Positions 15,727-24,295 of a stretch of DNA of 26,138 nucleotides are shown one piece after another. The DNA is taken from IMG/VR virus record IMGVR_UViG_3300037484_000448, positions 1-26,138 of that record; one strand, given 5' to 3'. Below the pieces are notes generated by a model. That model searched no databases and was not told where the DNA came from. It saw only the letters and a list, made by a program, of their open reading frames with translations. The first letter of the stretch is position 1; every line of letters begins with the position of its first letter. The position numbers and the translations under genes are program-made. This DNA is from a virus (lineage: Duplodnaviria > Caudoviricetes).

Positions 15727-15984
15727 ATGATTCGTACTTGGCTCAGCCGACAACGCAACGGCGACTACATGTTGACGTCGCTGAAGCCGACATCGGCGCC
15801 GGTCGGAAAGAGCGACGAGTACGATTGGTACGTGCGACCCGGCGACCCGATCGGATATCGGTCAATGTGTCCGGGGGCGGTGAAACTGATCTGGGGCGTC
15901 GAGTTGGCGGTGGGCGAGAGCGTGCGGGTGTGGAGCGACGGGGGGCTACTTGTTGAGGAGCACGAGGTGTGTTACGGACCCTGA
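15727..15984 (+). CDS. Hypothetical protein
   Basis: GAGGT RBS; 85 aa; overlaps protease start. Confidence 0.7.
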   Translation: MIRTWLSRQRNGDYMLTSLKPTSAPVGKSDEYDWYVRPGDPIGYRSMCPGAVKLIWGVELAVGESVRVWSDGGLLVEEHEVCYGP

Positions 15985-17483
15985 GTTTGCTGTTTGCTGT
16001 GGTCTGCGGAAGCTCGCTGTGGGGACAGGAGCTGGTTCCGGTCATCCTGCCCGGCGAGATTAACCGCGTTGTCAGCCGCACGACTGCTGTCCAAACCACG
16101 TCCGCCGAGCAGGAACAGCTCCCCGCTGCTGTGGCCTCTGCCCGCCCGGCGATCTGCCGGGTGTCCGTCTTCGGGACTGGATTCCGTGCCTACGCGTCGG
16201 GCGTCCTGCTCGATTCTGGCTGCGTTCTGACGGCCGAGCACACGTTCCGAGAAGGCGGCCAACCGTCAATCACTTGGCACGACCAGACAACGGTCGGGGC
16301 TCAGATCGTCCACCGCGACCCGGCCTACGACCTTGCGATGCTGGCTCCCTCGAGCGTGCCCTCCACCGTCTTCGGGCTCCCGACAGCGCCCCGGAACATG
16401 CAGGCCGGCGACAGGCTCTACACGGCCGGCTACGGGGCTGTAGGGGATCGGCTCCAGTGGGTGCGGCGGGACGTGATTGACCACACCGGGCCGGATGGTG
16501 GGCATGCAGATTGGCTCCGGGTTACGGGTCCCAGCCGGCAGGGGGACAGCGGAATGCCAATTCTGACGGCGACCGCCGAGGTGGTCGGCGTGGTGTGGGG
16601 GACGACGGAAACCAACAGTGTGGCCAGTAACACTGGTCGCACGCAGCTCTGTCAGTCCTGTTGCCCCAGCGGCTTGTGTCGCCCAGGTCTATTCTCCCGC
16701 CGGCGGATCTATTCGGCTCCGACAACGGGCCCGCCGGTCTATCGGTGGGAGCCTAAAGGTGGATTGATCCCGCAACAAGTCATTCCATCGCCCCCCACGA
16801 ACCAGCCTCCGATCGTTGTGCAGCCCCCGATACCTACGACACCTCCTCTGCCGCCTACGGAACCGCCCCCTGCATTGGACTGCGTGACGAGCGAGCAACT
16901 GGCGGCCGCCATCGCAGCGCTGCAGATCAAGATCGACGCGATTCAGGCTCAGCCGGGAGCCGCTGGATCGCCAGGAACTGACGGAGCACCAGGGTTGCCG
17001 GGGCTTCCGGAAATTCCGGGTGTCCCGGGTAAAGAAGGCAAGGATGCAATCGTTGACGTGCAGGCTGTGGCTGCTGCAGTCGTCGAGGCCCTGAAACAGG
17101 ATTCAGCGTTCGTCGCGGCGTGCAAGGGCGAGAAGGGTGACACTGGGGATGCCGCTCAGATCGATGCAGCGGCCCTGGCGACGGCCGTGGCGGAGAAGTT
17201 GAAGTCTGACCCTGCGTTTATCGTATCGTGTCAGGGAGAGCCAGGTGGAGCGGCTACGATCGATATGGCGGCATTGACGGTCGAAGTACAGAAACGGTTG
17301 CAGCCGATAACGTTCAACTTTCTTGGCAAAGACAAGGCGGTGTTCTCAACGCAGACGGTTGGGCTTGGCGGGACGGTAGAGGTGGCTCCGGTGATCATCA
17401 CGAAGAAAGAAAACGGGAAGCTCTTCTGGCAAATAAAAGCCTTGGGCGACCCCTTGAATCTGAAATTGGTTCCTGTTCGATAG
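15969..17483 (+). CDS. Secreted trypsin-like (S1) serine protease with Pro-rich linker, collagen-like G-X-Y segments and helical repeats
   Basis: Signal peptide; LTAEH (His), YDLAML (Asp), GDSGMP (Ser); GAAGSPGTDGAPGLPG; repeated ID.AALA.AV.E.LK.D.AF...C.GE.G. Confidence 0.88.
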   Translation: MLRTLSLLFAVVCGSSLWGQELVPVILPGEINRVVSRTTAVQTTSAEQEQLPAAVASARPAICRVSVFGTGFRAYASGVLLDSGCVLTAEHTFREGGQPSITWHDQTTVGAQIVHRDPAYDLAMLAPSSVPSTVFGLPTAPRNMQAGDRLYTAGYGAVGDRLQWVRRDVIDHTGPDGGHADWLRVTGPSRQGDSGMPILTATAEVVGVVWGTTETNSVASNTGRTQLCQSCCPSGLCRPGLFSRRRIYSAPTTGPPVYRWEPKGGLIPQQVIPSPPTNQPPIVVQPPIPTTPPLPPTEPPPALDCVTSEQLAAAIAALQIKIDAIQAQPGAAGSPGTDGAPGLPGLPEIPGVPGKEGKDAIVDVQAVAAAVVEALKQDSAFVAACKGEKGDTGDAAQIDAAALATAVAEKLKSDPAFIVSCQGEPGGAATIDMAALTVEVQKRLQPITFNFLGKDKAVFSTQTVGLGGTVEVAPVIITKKENGKLFWQIKALGDPLNLKLVPVR

Positions 17484-17566
17484 CGAGGCTTTGTGTGGCC
17501 GAGCAAGACCCTTTGATTATCCCGGTCTCCGGAGAGCCATCTGGAGGCGGGACAGGAGGAAGTACG

Positions 17567-17785
17567 ATGGCTGGTGAATTTGGATTGCTGCACGAACAGC
17601 AGATGACCCGGATGGGCAACATCGCTGCCCAGGCGCACGAGAACTTCACGACTTGGCAGGACCTAGCCAAGTTGGACCACATGGAGCACAAGCGCACCAT
17701 CAGTCTGGTGCAGGCGGCCGGCATGCGTGAGCTTCAGGCCAAGGTGACGCCGGGCGGACCGTACCCGAGCGGGCAGCCCACCTAA
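17567..17785 (+). CDS. Small hypothetical protein (72 aa)
   Basis: AGGAGG RBS before ATG 17567, preceded by a hairpin at 17520-17552. Confidence 0.75.
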   Translation: MAGEFGLLHEQQMTRMGNIAAQAHENFTTWQDLAKLDHMEHKRTISLVQAAGMRELQAKVTPGGPYPSGQPT

Positions 17786-17804
17786 CCAGGATTGGGGTTG
17801 AGAA

Positions 17805-18125
17805 ATGAGCGATGTACAAGTGGAAGTCGAGCCACAAACGGATGGGTCAGTCGCTCTGATTTCCTTGGGGCACCTTGCCGAGGAGTCTCGGCTATGCAGC
17901 GAGGGGCATGATCGATTTGTCCATATGCGAGCGAGTTCCCTTACTGCATTCTATGGTAAGGTCCTTAGGGAGACCCTTCATATGCGGGCACAGGCGTACA
18001 AGGCCCAAGTGAAAGCCGAGACGGCGGCGATCATGGCTCAGTTGGAAAGGGAAATAAATGGCGGAGAACAACCAGCAGGCAATGGAGCAGGAGGGCCAAT
18101 CGACGCTGGACAGCCAGTCGATTGA
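17805..18125 (+). CDS. Hypothetical protein
   Basis: 106-aa ORF; 68-nt overlap with next gene. Confidence 0.6.
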   Translation: MSDVQVEVEPQTDGSVALISLGHLAEESRLCSEGHDRFVHMRASSLTAFYGKVLRETLHMRAQAYKAQVKAETAAIMAQLEREINGGEQPAGNGAGGPIDAGQPVD

Positions 18126-18657
18126 TGCGGCAGAAGCCGAGCAGATGCTCGGACACTATAAGAAGTCGGTGCGTTTGCGGCAGGCCGACCTGTTACACCA
18201 GCTGGCTGAAGATCAGCGAGCCTCAACAGCGGTACACAACCTTGCTAGGCTACAGCGTATGGCATACGCCAAGAAAGTCGGACTCAGCGACGCGGAAGCC
18301 AGTGCTGCCGAGCACGAGCTGGTGGAGGATGGCGACATGCGGCTCGGCGACGACGACAACTCGATCAAGATTGAGAACTACTATGCAGAACAGCCAGCAG
18401 AACCAGCAGTACAAAAACCAGAGCCAGGACCAATTGCTGCTGGGCCTACGGTTCCCGAGCAGCCAAGCACCGTCAGTCGAGTTGCTCCTTGGCTCATCGG
18501 CGCGGCACTGTTGGGATCTGGACTCGCGGGCGGATATGCACTGTCAGGACTTATGGCGCCAGACCAGCCAAGCCAACCAGGTATGGTAGACACCGATACT
18601 GATACCGACACGCAGTACAGGATCGACGGCGACTTTGAGGAAATGCCTAGGAAATAG
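18058..18657 (+). CDS. Membrane protein with C-terminal TM and DTDTDTDT motif
   Basis: VAPWLIGAALLGSGLAGGYAL TM; Pro-rich linker; terminal DTDTDTDTQYRIDG. Confidence 0.75.
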   Translation: MAENNQQAMEQEGQSTLDSQSIDAAEAEQMLGHYKKSVRLRQADLLHQLAEDQRASTAVHNLARLQRMAYAKKVGLSDAEASAAEHELVEDGDMRLGDDDNSIKIENYYAEQPAEPAVQKPEPGPIAAGPTVPEQPSTVSRVAPWLIGAALLGSGLAGGYALSGLMAPDQPSQPGMVDTDTDTDTQYRIDGDFEEMPRK

Positions 18658-18659
18658 CG

Positions 18660-19016
18660 ATGCCGGAAACTCCCGATCGGTTCCGATATCTGTACTTGGT
18701 GTTGAACGTCGTGAGGGTTCATGATGGAGACACGGTAGAACTCGTGCTCGATAAAGGCATGTGCGAGCAGGTGAAGAAGATCTGCCGCCTGTTCGGCATC
18801 GACGCGGCCGAGTTGAAAAAAGACCGCGAGACTGCGGAAGCGGCCAGGCATCGATTGGCTCAGTTGCTTATGAGAAAGCCAATCGTCTGCGAGACACACA
18901 AAGATAAAACCGAGAAATACGGCCGGTTGCTTGTGACGCTGACTAATGCTGACGGCGTTGAAGTAAACGGAGTGATGCTTCAGGAAGGGCATGCATTCAC
19001 GTACAAGGATGGGTGA
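18660..19016 (+). CDS. Thermonuclease (SNase-like) family nuclease
   Basis: VVRVHDGDTV, RLFGIDAAE, EKYGRLL, VNGVMLQEGHA. Confidence 0.92.
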   Translation: MPETPDRFRYLYLVLNVVRVHDGDTVELVLDKGMCEQVKKICRLFGIDAAELKKDRETAEAARHRLAQLLMRKPIVCETHKDKTEKYGRLLVTLTNADGVEVNGVMLQEGHAFTYKDG

Positions 19017-19022
19017 CGAGTC

Positions 19023-19232
19023 ATGGACGAGCAGACGCTACTGCGAATCATCGCAGCGCTGGTGTCTCGACACACCACAGGCGTCCGCAAGCTCACGGCG
19101 AGAGAACTGGCGTCGGCTCCGGTTGACGCGTTGAGATTCAATCAGGACCGCGACGGCGACACGTGGGTCACTATCGGCGGTCCTACTGTCTATAGGGATC
19201 TGGATCACGAGTTGAGTGAGGATGAGAGATGA
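19023..19232 (+). CDS. Hypothetical protein
   Basis: 69 aa; ATGA overlap with next gene. Confidence 0.6.
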   Translation: MDEQTLLRIIAALVSRHTTGVRKLTARELASAPVDALRFNQDRDGDTWVTIGGPTVYRDLDHELSEDER

Positions 19233-20143
19233 CGAACGCAAGCAAAGTTCTATGGATCGCTGCGGCTATCGCGACTTGGATAGCGGCAGCGGCCAGTGGA
19301 GCTGACCAGCCCTTCGGCAGGATCAAGCTCGACAACGCGGACATCTCGTACAACGACTCGACGCGGGTCGTTGACTTGTACAAGCTCCTGCTGAACACGG
19401 ACGCGGCGAACTCGCTCGTCGTGGAGAAGGCGGACGGTACGGATGTCCTCGTGGTGGATACGACGGTCCCGCAGATCACAATCGGCGGTGTGCTGATTAC
19501 GTCGGCCAACCTCGGCAGCAGCGGCTCCCGCGTCCCGGCGATCTACGCCACGACGGTTGACGCGACGACGGTCAATGCGGCAACGTTGGCCGGCGTCACG
19601 ACGATGGCCGCTCACGCTCACCAGGCTGCCGGCAGTGGCGGTACACTCGACCACGGTGCGGCTCTCGTCGGATTAGCAGACGATGATCATACGCAGTACG
19701 CCAAGCTCGCGGGGCGGGCTGGTGGAACCACGCAGTACGGCGGCACAGGTGCGGCGGAAGACCTGCGACTGGACAGCACGAGCCATGCGACGCCGGGCAT
19801 GGTGCGATTTGGCGGCGGCACCTATACATACTACGACGAGGCTAACGAGACATTACATCTTGTATCGATTGCTTCGATTGGCGAAGTGAAGGTGGTACGG
19901 CCAAGTGCTCTATATTTTGCAATAGGAACGGCTTACGAAGGAGACAGTGCCTGGCGATTTGCAATCAATGGTAGAGGAGATTTTACATGGCAAAACGGAG
20001 AAGGCGTCGTGATCGCGACCGCCAAACTATGGGAGACTATGGCACACGTTGCCGACCCAACCAATGATGGAGAAACGCAAGCCGCTGTTGCAACGATCAT
20101 TGATGGACTCAAATTGATGGGCCTAATGGCGCCCGACCCATAA
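19229..20143 (+). CDS. Fibre-like structural protein with signal-peptide-like N terminus
   Basis: HAH...GG.LDHGAAL.GL.DDDHTQY fibre motif; C-terminal VADPT...A.IIDGLK.MGLMA; N-terminal K + hydrophobic + ASGA. Confidence 0.65.
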   Translation: MTNASKVLWIAAAIATWIAAAASGADQPFGRIKLDNADISYNDSTRVVDLYKLLLNTDAANSLVVEKADGTDVLVVDTTVPQITIGGVLITSANLGSSGSRVPAIYATTVDATTVNAATLAGVTTMAAHAHQAAGSGGTLDHGAALVGLADDDHTQYAKLAGRAGGTTQYGGTGAAEDLRLDSTSHATPGMVRFGGGTYTYYDEANETLHLVSIASIGEVKVVRPSALYFAIGTAYEGDSAWRFAINGRGDFTWQNGEGVVIATAKLWETMAHVADPTNDGETQAAVATIIDGLKLMGLMAPDP

Positions 20144-20158
20144 CGGAGAGATGCACCA

Positions 20159-20419
20159 ATGGACGGACAACTAGCACTTGGCATCGGGCTCGGAATCCTG
20201 GCAATCAGCGTGCCGATTACGGCGTTGATTCTGGTCGTCATGCCGCGAAGGATGCACCACACGAACACGGCAGCGGAATCCGTCGTGCGGGACCAAGAGC
20301 GAGTGCGTGGGGTGGAGATCGCAGCGAAAGGCCACGAGGCAATCATGGATGGAGTCAAAACGCACTTAGCAAACATCGACGGCCGGTTGGAGCGAATCGA
20401 GAAGAAGATCTACGAATGA
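20159..20419 (+). CDS. Single-TM + coiled-coil membrane protein (holin/XhlA-like)
   Basis: MDG + TM + ...IDGRLERIEKKI. Confidence 0.7.
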   Translation: MDGQLALGIGLGILAISVPITALILVVMPRRMHHTNTAAESVVRDQERVRGVEIAAKGHEAIMDGVKTHLANIDGRLERIEKKIYE

Positions 20420-20440
20420 ACGCGGACGGGGCGGGGATGA

Positions 20441-20707
20441 ATGGACGGGGACACCGTGATAGGCGTAGGGTTGGCAGTGCTCGGAATCGGCGCGCCGCTT
20501 ACCGTGGCGGTAGCGAAATACTTCGCCAATGGTCGGAAGGTGCTGGCAACACTGCCCGGCTACGCCCCGGAGTGTTTGAAACAAAGCGAGACCATCCACG
20601 ACATGCAGAAACAGATCAGTTCGCTGAGTGACAACGTGTCGTTCATTCGCGAGAGTGTGAAACGGATCGAGGGTGAACTAGTGAAGATCCAAGAGAAGCT
20701 GGAATAG
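20441..20707 (+). CDS. Single-TM + coiled-coil membrane protein, paralog-like to previous gene
   Basis: MDG + TM + ...VKRIEGELVKIQEKL. Confidence 0.7.
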   Translation: MDGDTVIGVGLAVLGIGAPLTVAVAKYFANGRKVLATLPGYAPECLKQSETIHDMQKQISSLSDNVSFIRESVKRIEGELVKIQEKLE

Positions 20708-20728
20708 CGGCCCGGCCGCGAAAGGAGT
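20705..20728 (+). repeat. Intergenic repeat TAGCGGC(C/G)CGGCCGCGAA(A)GGAGT, copy 1
   Basis: Differs from 22668-22690 by one substitution and one indel. Confidence 0.8.
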
Positions 20729-20855
20729 AGCCGAAAGAGGCTACCACACAGGCATGTTATGGCGACCATGAAACCTAGCGACGAATCGGCTTTGTCGGAC
20801 GAAGTGCAAGTTGAATTAGTGACGCCGGAACTCCCGGAAACCAAAAGCGAGGATC

Positions 20856-21386
20856 ATGATGAAAGCGACAATACTTGACGGCATCACGCGCCGCAGCCGT
20901 TGCGGCCAAATGGTGAATCCTTCTCCGCATAGTCCGCTGCAGCTGCAAAATGAGGTGGTTTTGGAGTTGGTCGGCCCCGAGGGCCTGCGGCAGCGAGTGC
21001 TGCACAAAGGCAACATCATGGCGACCTACGGGCTCAACCGGCTGGTCGAGATGATCGTCAGCGACGCCGGCGGAGCCAGCGCGTTCGTCAACCACATGAT
21101 CGCCGGCAGCGACACGACGGCTGCCGCGAGCACGAATACGGGGCTCGGCAACAGCTATGCCAACAGCACCAAGGCGGTCACTCGCAGCGACAGCGGCAAC
21201 CTGACCGCGGCCTACCTGGCGACGATCGACCACGCGAGCGCCATGACGATCAACGAGATCGGCGTGTTCCAGACCAATGAGGGTTCGGCCTCCATGATCG
21301 CCCGTAGCGTCCTCGGGACGAGCATCAACAAGGCGTCGGACGGCACGGTCAACTGCACCTACAAGATCATCGCGGGGACAGTTTGA
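20856..21386 (+). CDS. Putative virion structural protein (tail-collar/fibre N-terminal-like)
   Basis: NIMATYGLN.L, H.IAGS.TTAA..T.TGL, I.EIGVF, MIARSVL...NK, V..TY.I; strong codon bias. Confidence 0.65.
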   Translation: MMKATILDGITRRSRCGQMVNPSPHSPLQLQNEVVLELVGPEGLRQRVLHKGNIMATYGLNRLVEMIVSDAGGASAFVNHMIAGSDTTAAASTNTGLGNSYANSTKAVTRSDSGNLTAAYLATIDHASAMTINEIGVFQTNEGSASMIARSVLGTSINKASDGTVNCTYKIIAGTV

Positions 21387-22666
21387 TGACAAAATGTCCA
21401 GTGATCATCTGCACGCCGATGCCGCGAATCAAGGGGCGTCTGGAGCGGATCACCGTGGAGTGGCATCGCGCGAGGATGGCTCTGGCGTTGCCTACCGGAT
21501 TTGCGTTCTCGGAGATGGCAGTGGACGGCCTGGAGGTCGGCGAGGCTCGCACCAAGGCGGCAGAGTACGTGGTCAAGCTGGACCCACAGCCGGAGTTCCT
21601 GTTCTTCCTGGACTACGACGTGATCCCCGCGTTCGACGCCCTGACCAAGCTCTTCTACCGAGCCAGGACGTGGCCAGACTACGACATCATCGCCGGCATC
21701 TACTGCTCGAAGGGGTCGCCGCCGGAGCCGCTGATCTACAAAGACCCAGGCAACGGATGCTTCTGGGACTGGGCGATTGGCGACGTGTTGCACGACGGCA
21801 TCCACGGCGTGCACATGGGTCTCACGTTGATTCGCGTGTCGCTGTTCGAGAAGATGATGGCGGCGATGGACGACGAGCCGCTGTTCTACACGGCCAATCG
21901 CCGAGAGTTCAAAGACGGCAAGCTGAAGACGGAGACGGGGACCGAAGATCTCCACTTCTGCGACCGGGCGATCAAGCATTGCGGTGCCAAGATTCTCGTT
22001 GACACGTCCGTGCTGGCCGGGCACATCAACAACGAGACGGGCGTGATCTACGGCTTGCCGATTGACTCGACGCCGGTGATGCGATGCCCGTGGATGAAGA
22101 AGCATGAGACGAACGGACATGGCGATGCCAAAGATCTGCTCAAAGCTCTCGACTTGGGAGCCGGCTCCAATCGTCGCATGTGGGACGGGTACGAGACGAT
22201 CACCACGGACATCCGCGAGGACGTTGGGGCAGACTTCGTGATGGACTCGCGGTTGCTGAACCTGCCGGATGACTACGTGGACCTCGTCGCAACCAGCCAT
22301 CATCTGGAGCACATCCCGCGGTGGGAGCAGGAGCAGGTATGGAAAGAGATGGCCCGGGTTCTCAAGCCGGGCGGCCGCATGGAGCACGTCATTCCGAACC
22401 TACGGTGGGCAGCATGGAAGGTGGCCAACTGCGAGGAGGACGGGGACACGTTCAACGTGCTTTACGGGAGCCAAGAGGAGATGTTCGACGGTCCCAGACA
22501 GTTCAATACTCACTACTTCGGCTACTCTCCGCAGATCGCCAAGACGATGGCGGAGTCCGTGGGAATGGAGGCGGTGCAGGTTCGGACATACGAGGATGAC
22601 GACTCGCTGGGGTACAACATGGTGCTGACGGCGAGAAAGCCAGAAACGCACGATCAACCTGATTAA
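21386..22666 (+). CDS. GT-A (GT2-like) glycosyltransferase fused to class I SAM-dependent methyltransferase
   Basis: FLFFLDYD (DxD), MGLTLIR..LF, TEDLHFC...ILVDTSVLAGH; LDLGAGS, SHHLEHI, RVLKPGG..E..IPN. Confidence 0.88.
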   Translation: MTKCPVIICTPMPRIKGRLERITVEWHRARMALALPTGFAFSEMAVDGLEVGEARTKAAEYVVKLDPQPEFLFFLDYDVIPAFDALTKLFYRARTWPDYDIIAGIYCSKGSPPEPLIYKDPGNGCFWDWAIGDVLHDGIHGVHMGLTLIRVSLFEKMMAAMDDEPLFYTANRREFKDGKLKTETGTEDLHFCDRAIKHCGAKILVDTSVLAGHINNETGVIYGLPIDSTPVMRCPWMKKHETNGHGDAKDLLKALDLGAGSNRRMWDGYETITTDIREDVGADFVMDSRLLNLPDDYVDLVATSHHLEHIPRWEQEQVWKEMARVLKPGGRMEHVIPNLRWAAWKVANCEEDGDTFNVLYGSQEEMFDGPRQFNTHYFGYSPQIAKTMAESVGMEAVQVRTYEDDDSLGYNMVLTARKPETHDQPD

Positions 22667-22667
22667 T

Positions 22668-22690
22668 TAGCGGCGCGGCCGCGAAGGAGT
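22668..22690 (+). repeat. Intergenic repeat, copy 2 (contains AAGGAG RBS of next gene)
   Basis: Near-identical to 20705-20728. Confidence 0.8.
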
Positions 22691-22696
22691 GAGACG

Positions 22697-22915
22697 ATGG
22701 CGACCATCACGCTGACTGGTCAGGCGACGCTGGCCGCTGGAATTTCGCCGAAGCTGCTGCAACTCAAGAACGCCTTGATCGCCCGCAAGCCGATCTGGGA
22801 CAAGCTTCCACCGGAGAAGCGGCTGGCTTGGGCCAAGGGCACAAAGGACCCAATCATGGTGCTGGCTCGCGATACGTATCTGTTTCTGGACGCGATTTTC
22901 GAGGACACAAAGTAA
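22697..22915 (+). CDS. Hypothetical protein
   Basis: AAGGAG RBS; TAATG overlap with next gene. Confidence 0.75.
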   Translation: MATITLTGQATLAAGISPKLLQLKNALIARKPIWDKLPPEKRLAWAKGTKDPIMVLARDTYLFLDAIFEDTK

Positions 22916-23280
22916 TGGCCCTCATATCTGATGGAAATTGGTCTCATCGTGATCCGGGAGACGCCATTGAGGCCGGCTCTACGATTAGTGGCGGAAACTT
23001 CAGCCAGGTGGTTCCGGACACGCCGATCCTGGTTGGCAAGCCGCTGGTAATTACCGGGGGCAACTGGTCCAACGTGCGGAGAGATCCAGCCTGGACGGTG
23101 AATGGAGGCAACTGGACTCAGATCAGTTTGTGTTCTCACCTACACCCCGGCAAAGTTGCCAAGGGCCTATTGCCGAGTGGTCATCCTGCGAACTGCACTC
23201 ACGTCGTAGATACGGACGAAGTGCGGGTTGACGGGGTGCTCGTGGACACGATCTATCACTACGCGGATACGGTGCTGTAA
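22915..23280 (+). CDS. Hypothetical protein with four xGN(W/F)(S/T) repeats
   Basis: Start ATG 22915 (GAGGA RBS); DGNWS, GGNFS, GGNWS, GGNWT; TAATG overlap downstream. Confidence 0.7.
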   Translation: MALISDGNWSHRDPGDAIEAGSTISGGNFSQVVPDTPILVGKPLVITGGNWSNVRRDPAWTVNGGNWTQISLCSHLHPGKVAKGLLPSGHPANCTHVVDTDEVRVDGVLVDTIYHYADTVL

Positions 23281-24293
23281 TGCCGACCTATTACGTAGAC
23301 CCAGACGCTACCGGCACTGACGCGGGGACGTCGTGGACTGACGCCTGGACCACGCTCCAGCGAGCTATCGACGGTACGGGCGGCACGAAGCCAGTTGCCG
23401 GCGACACGATCTATTGCCGCTGCTCTGTCAGCGCAGCCGAAATTCCGGGCGCAACCATCGACGTGGACGGCAACGTGGGATCTGCAGCTAGTGGACACAT
23501 CAAATATATTGGCTGCAATGCGGCTGGCGCCGTAGATGGAACGCGATACAAGATCAACGTCAACAGCGGTGGATTCAAGGGCCTGACATACGGGGCGAGC
23601 CAATCGTTTATTTGGTTCGAGAATTTCGAGGTCTATGGCGCGACGGATGGCGTCAAAGGCAACGCGATAGCAGGCACAAACAACGTCTGGATCAACGTTT
23701 ATTGCCACGATAACAGCCTTGATGGATTCGCGGCCTCTCGCTCGGGCACTGGGAGTATGTACGTGCGATGTCGTGCCGAGAGCAATGGTGACTCTGGTTG
23801 GTCGAGTCCGTTCAATAGTACGGTGCGATTCATCGCATGTGTCTCCAAAGACAATGGCGAGGATGGTTGGGAAGGACTGACCAGCCAATCGTTTACCGGT
23901 TGCATTGCACACAACAATGGCGAACTTGGGTTTGAAGGTGGGGACTCAACGTCATTCGTCAATTGTGTGAGTGACGAAAACGCAGGAGATGGAATCCTTC
24001 TGTACAACGGAGTTATGATTGGCTGTCGCATCACCAACAACGACCTTGGCGGTACGGGCACTCAGTACGGGATCAAGGTTACGGCTGGGACTCGTGCTTT
24101 GTGGGGCTGGAACTACTACAGCAACCCTGCCGCCGATGCTGAAACGAACGGATTACTGGATGCGATTCCGTACGGAGCCGACGCCGACACGAACGAGACT
24201 GGTGGGACGGAAGGGTACACGGACGGCGGGGCTGACGACTTCAATCTGACCGAAGCTGCTACGATGCGCGATGTGGCAATAACGCTGGACTGA
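23280..24293 (+). CDS. Right-handed parallel beta-helix protein (pectate-lyase-like fold; putative spike/depolymerase)
   Basis: YYVDPDATG...GTSWTDAWTTLQRA start; repeated C..(H/D)N..DG(F/W) coils; C-terminal DDFNL. Confidence 0.8.
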   Translation: MPTYYVDPDATGTDAGTSWTDAWTTLQRAIDGTGGTKPVAGDTIYCRCSVSAAEIPGATIDVDGNVGSAASGHIKYIGCNAAGAVDGTRYKINVNSGGFKGLTYGASQSFIWFENFEVYGATDGVKGNAIAGTNNVWINVYCHDNSLDGFAASRSGTGSMYVRCRAESNGDSGWSSPFNSTVRFIACVSKDNGEDGWEGLTSQSFTGCIAHNNGELGFEGGDSTSFVNCVSDENAGDGILLYNGVMIGCRITNNDLGGTGTQYGIKVTAGTRALWGWNYYSNPAADAETNGLLDAIPYGADADTNETGGTEGYTDGGADDFNLTEAATMRDVAITLD

Positions 24294-24295
24294 CG

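Noticed and set aside
18049-18057. GGGAAAT slippery-like heptamer near the overlap of 17805-18125 and 18058-18657 (tail-chaperone-type frameshift)
   Set aside because: The heptamer is out of register with the upstream frame, and an in-frame TAA (18055-18057) directly precedes ATG 18058
21359-22387. 342-aa minus-strand ORF over the GT-MTase gene
   Set aside because: Antisense shadow of a strongly codon-biased gene; no recognisable motif
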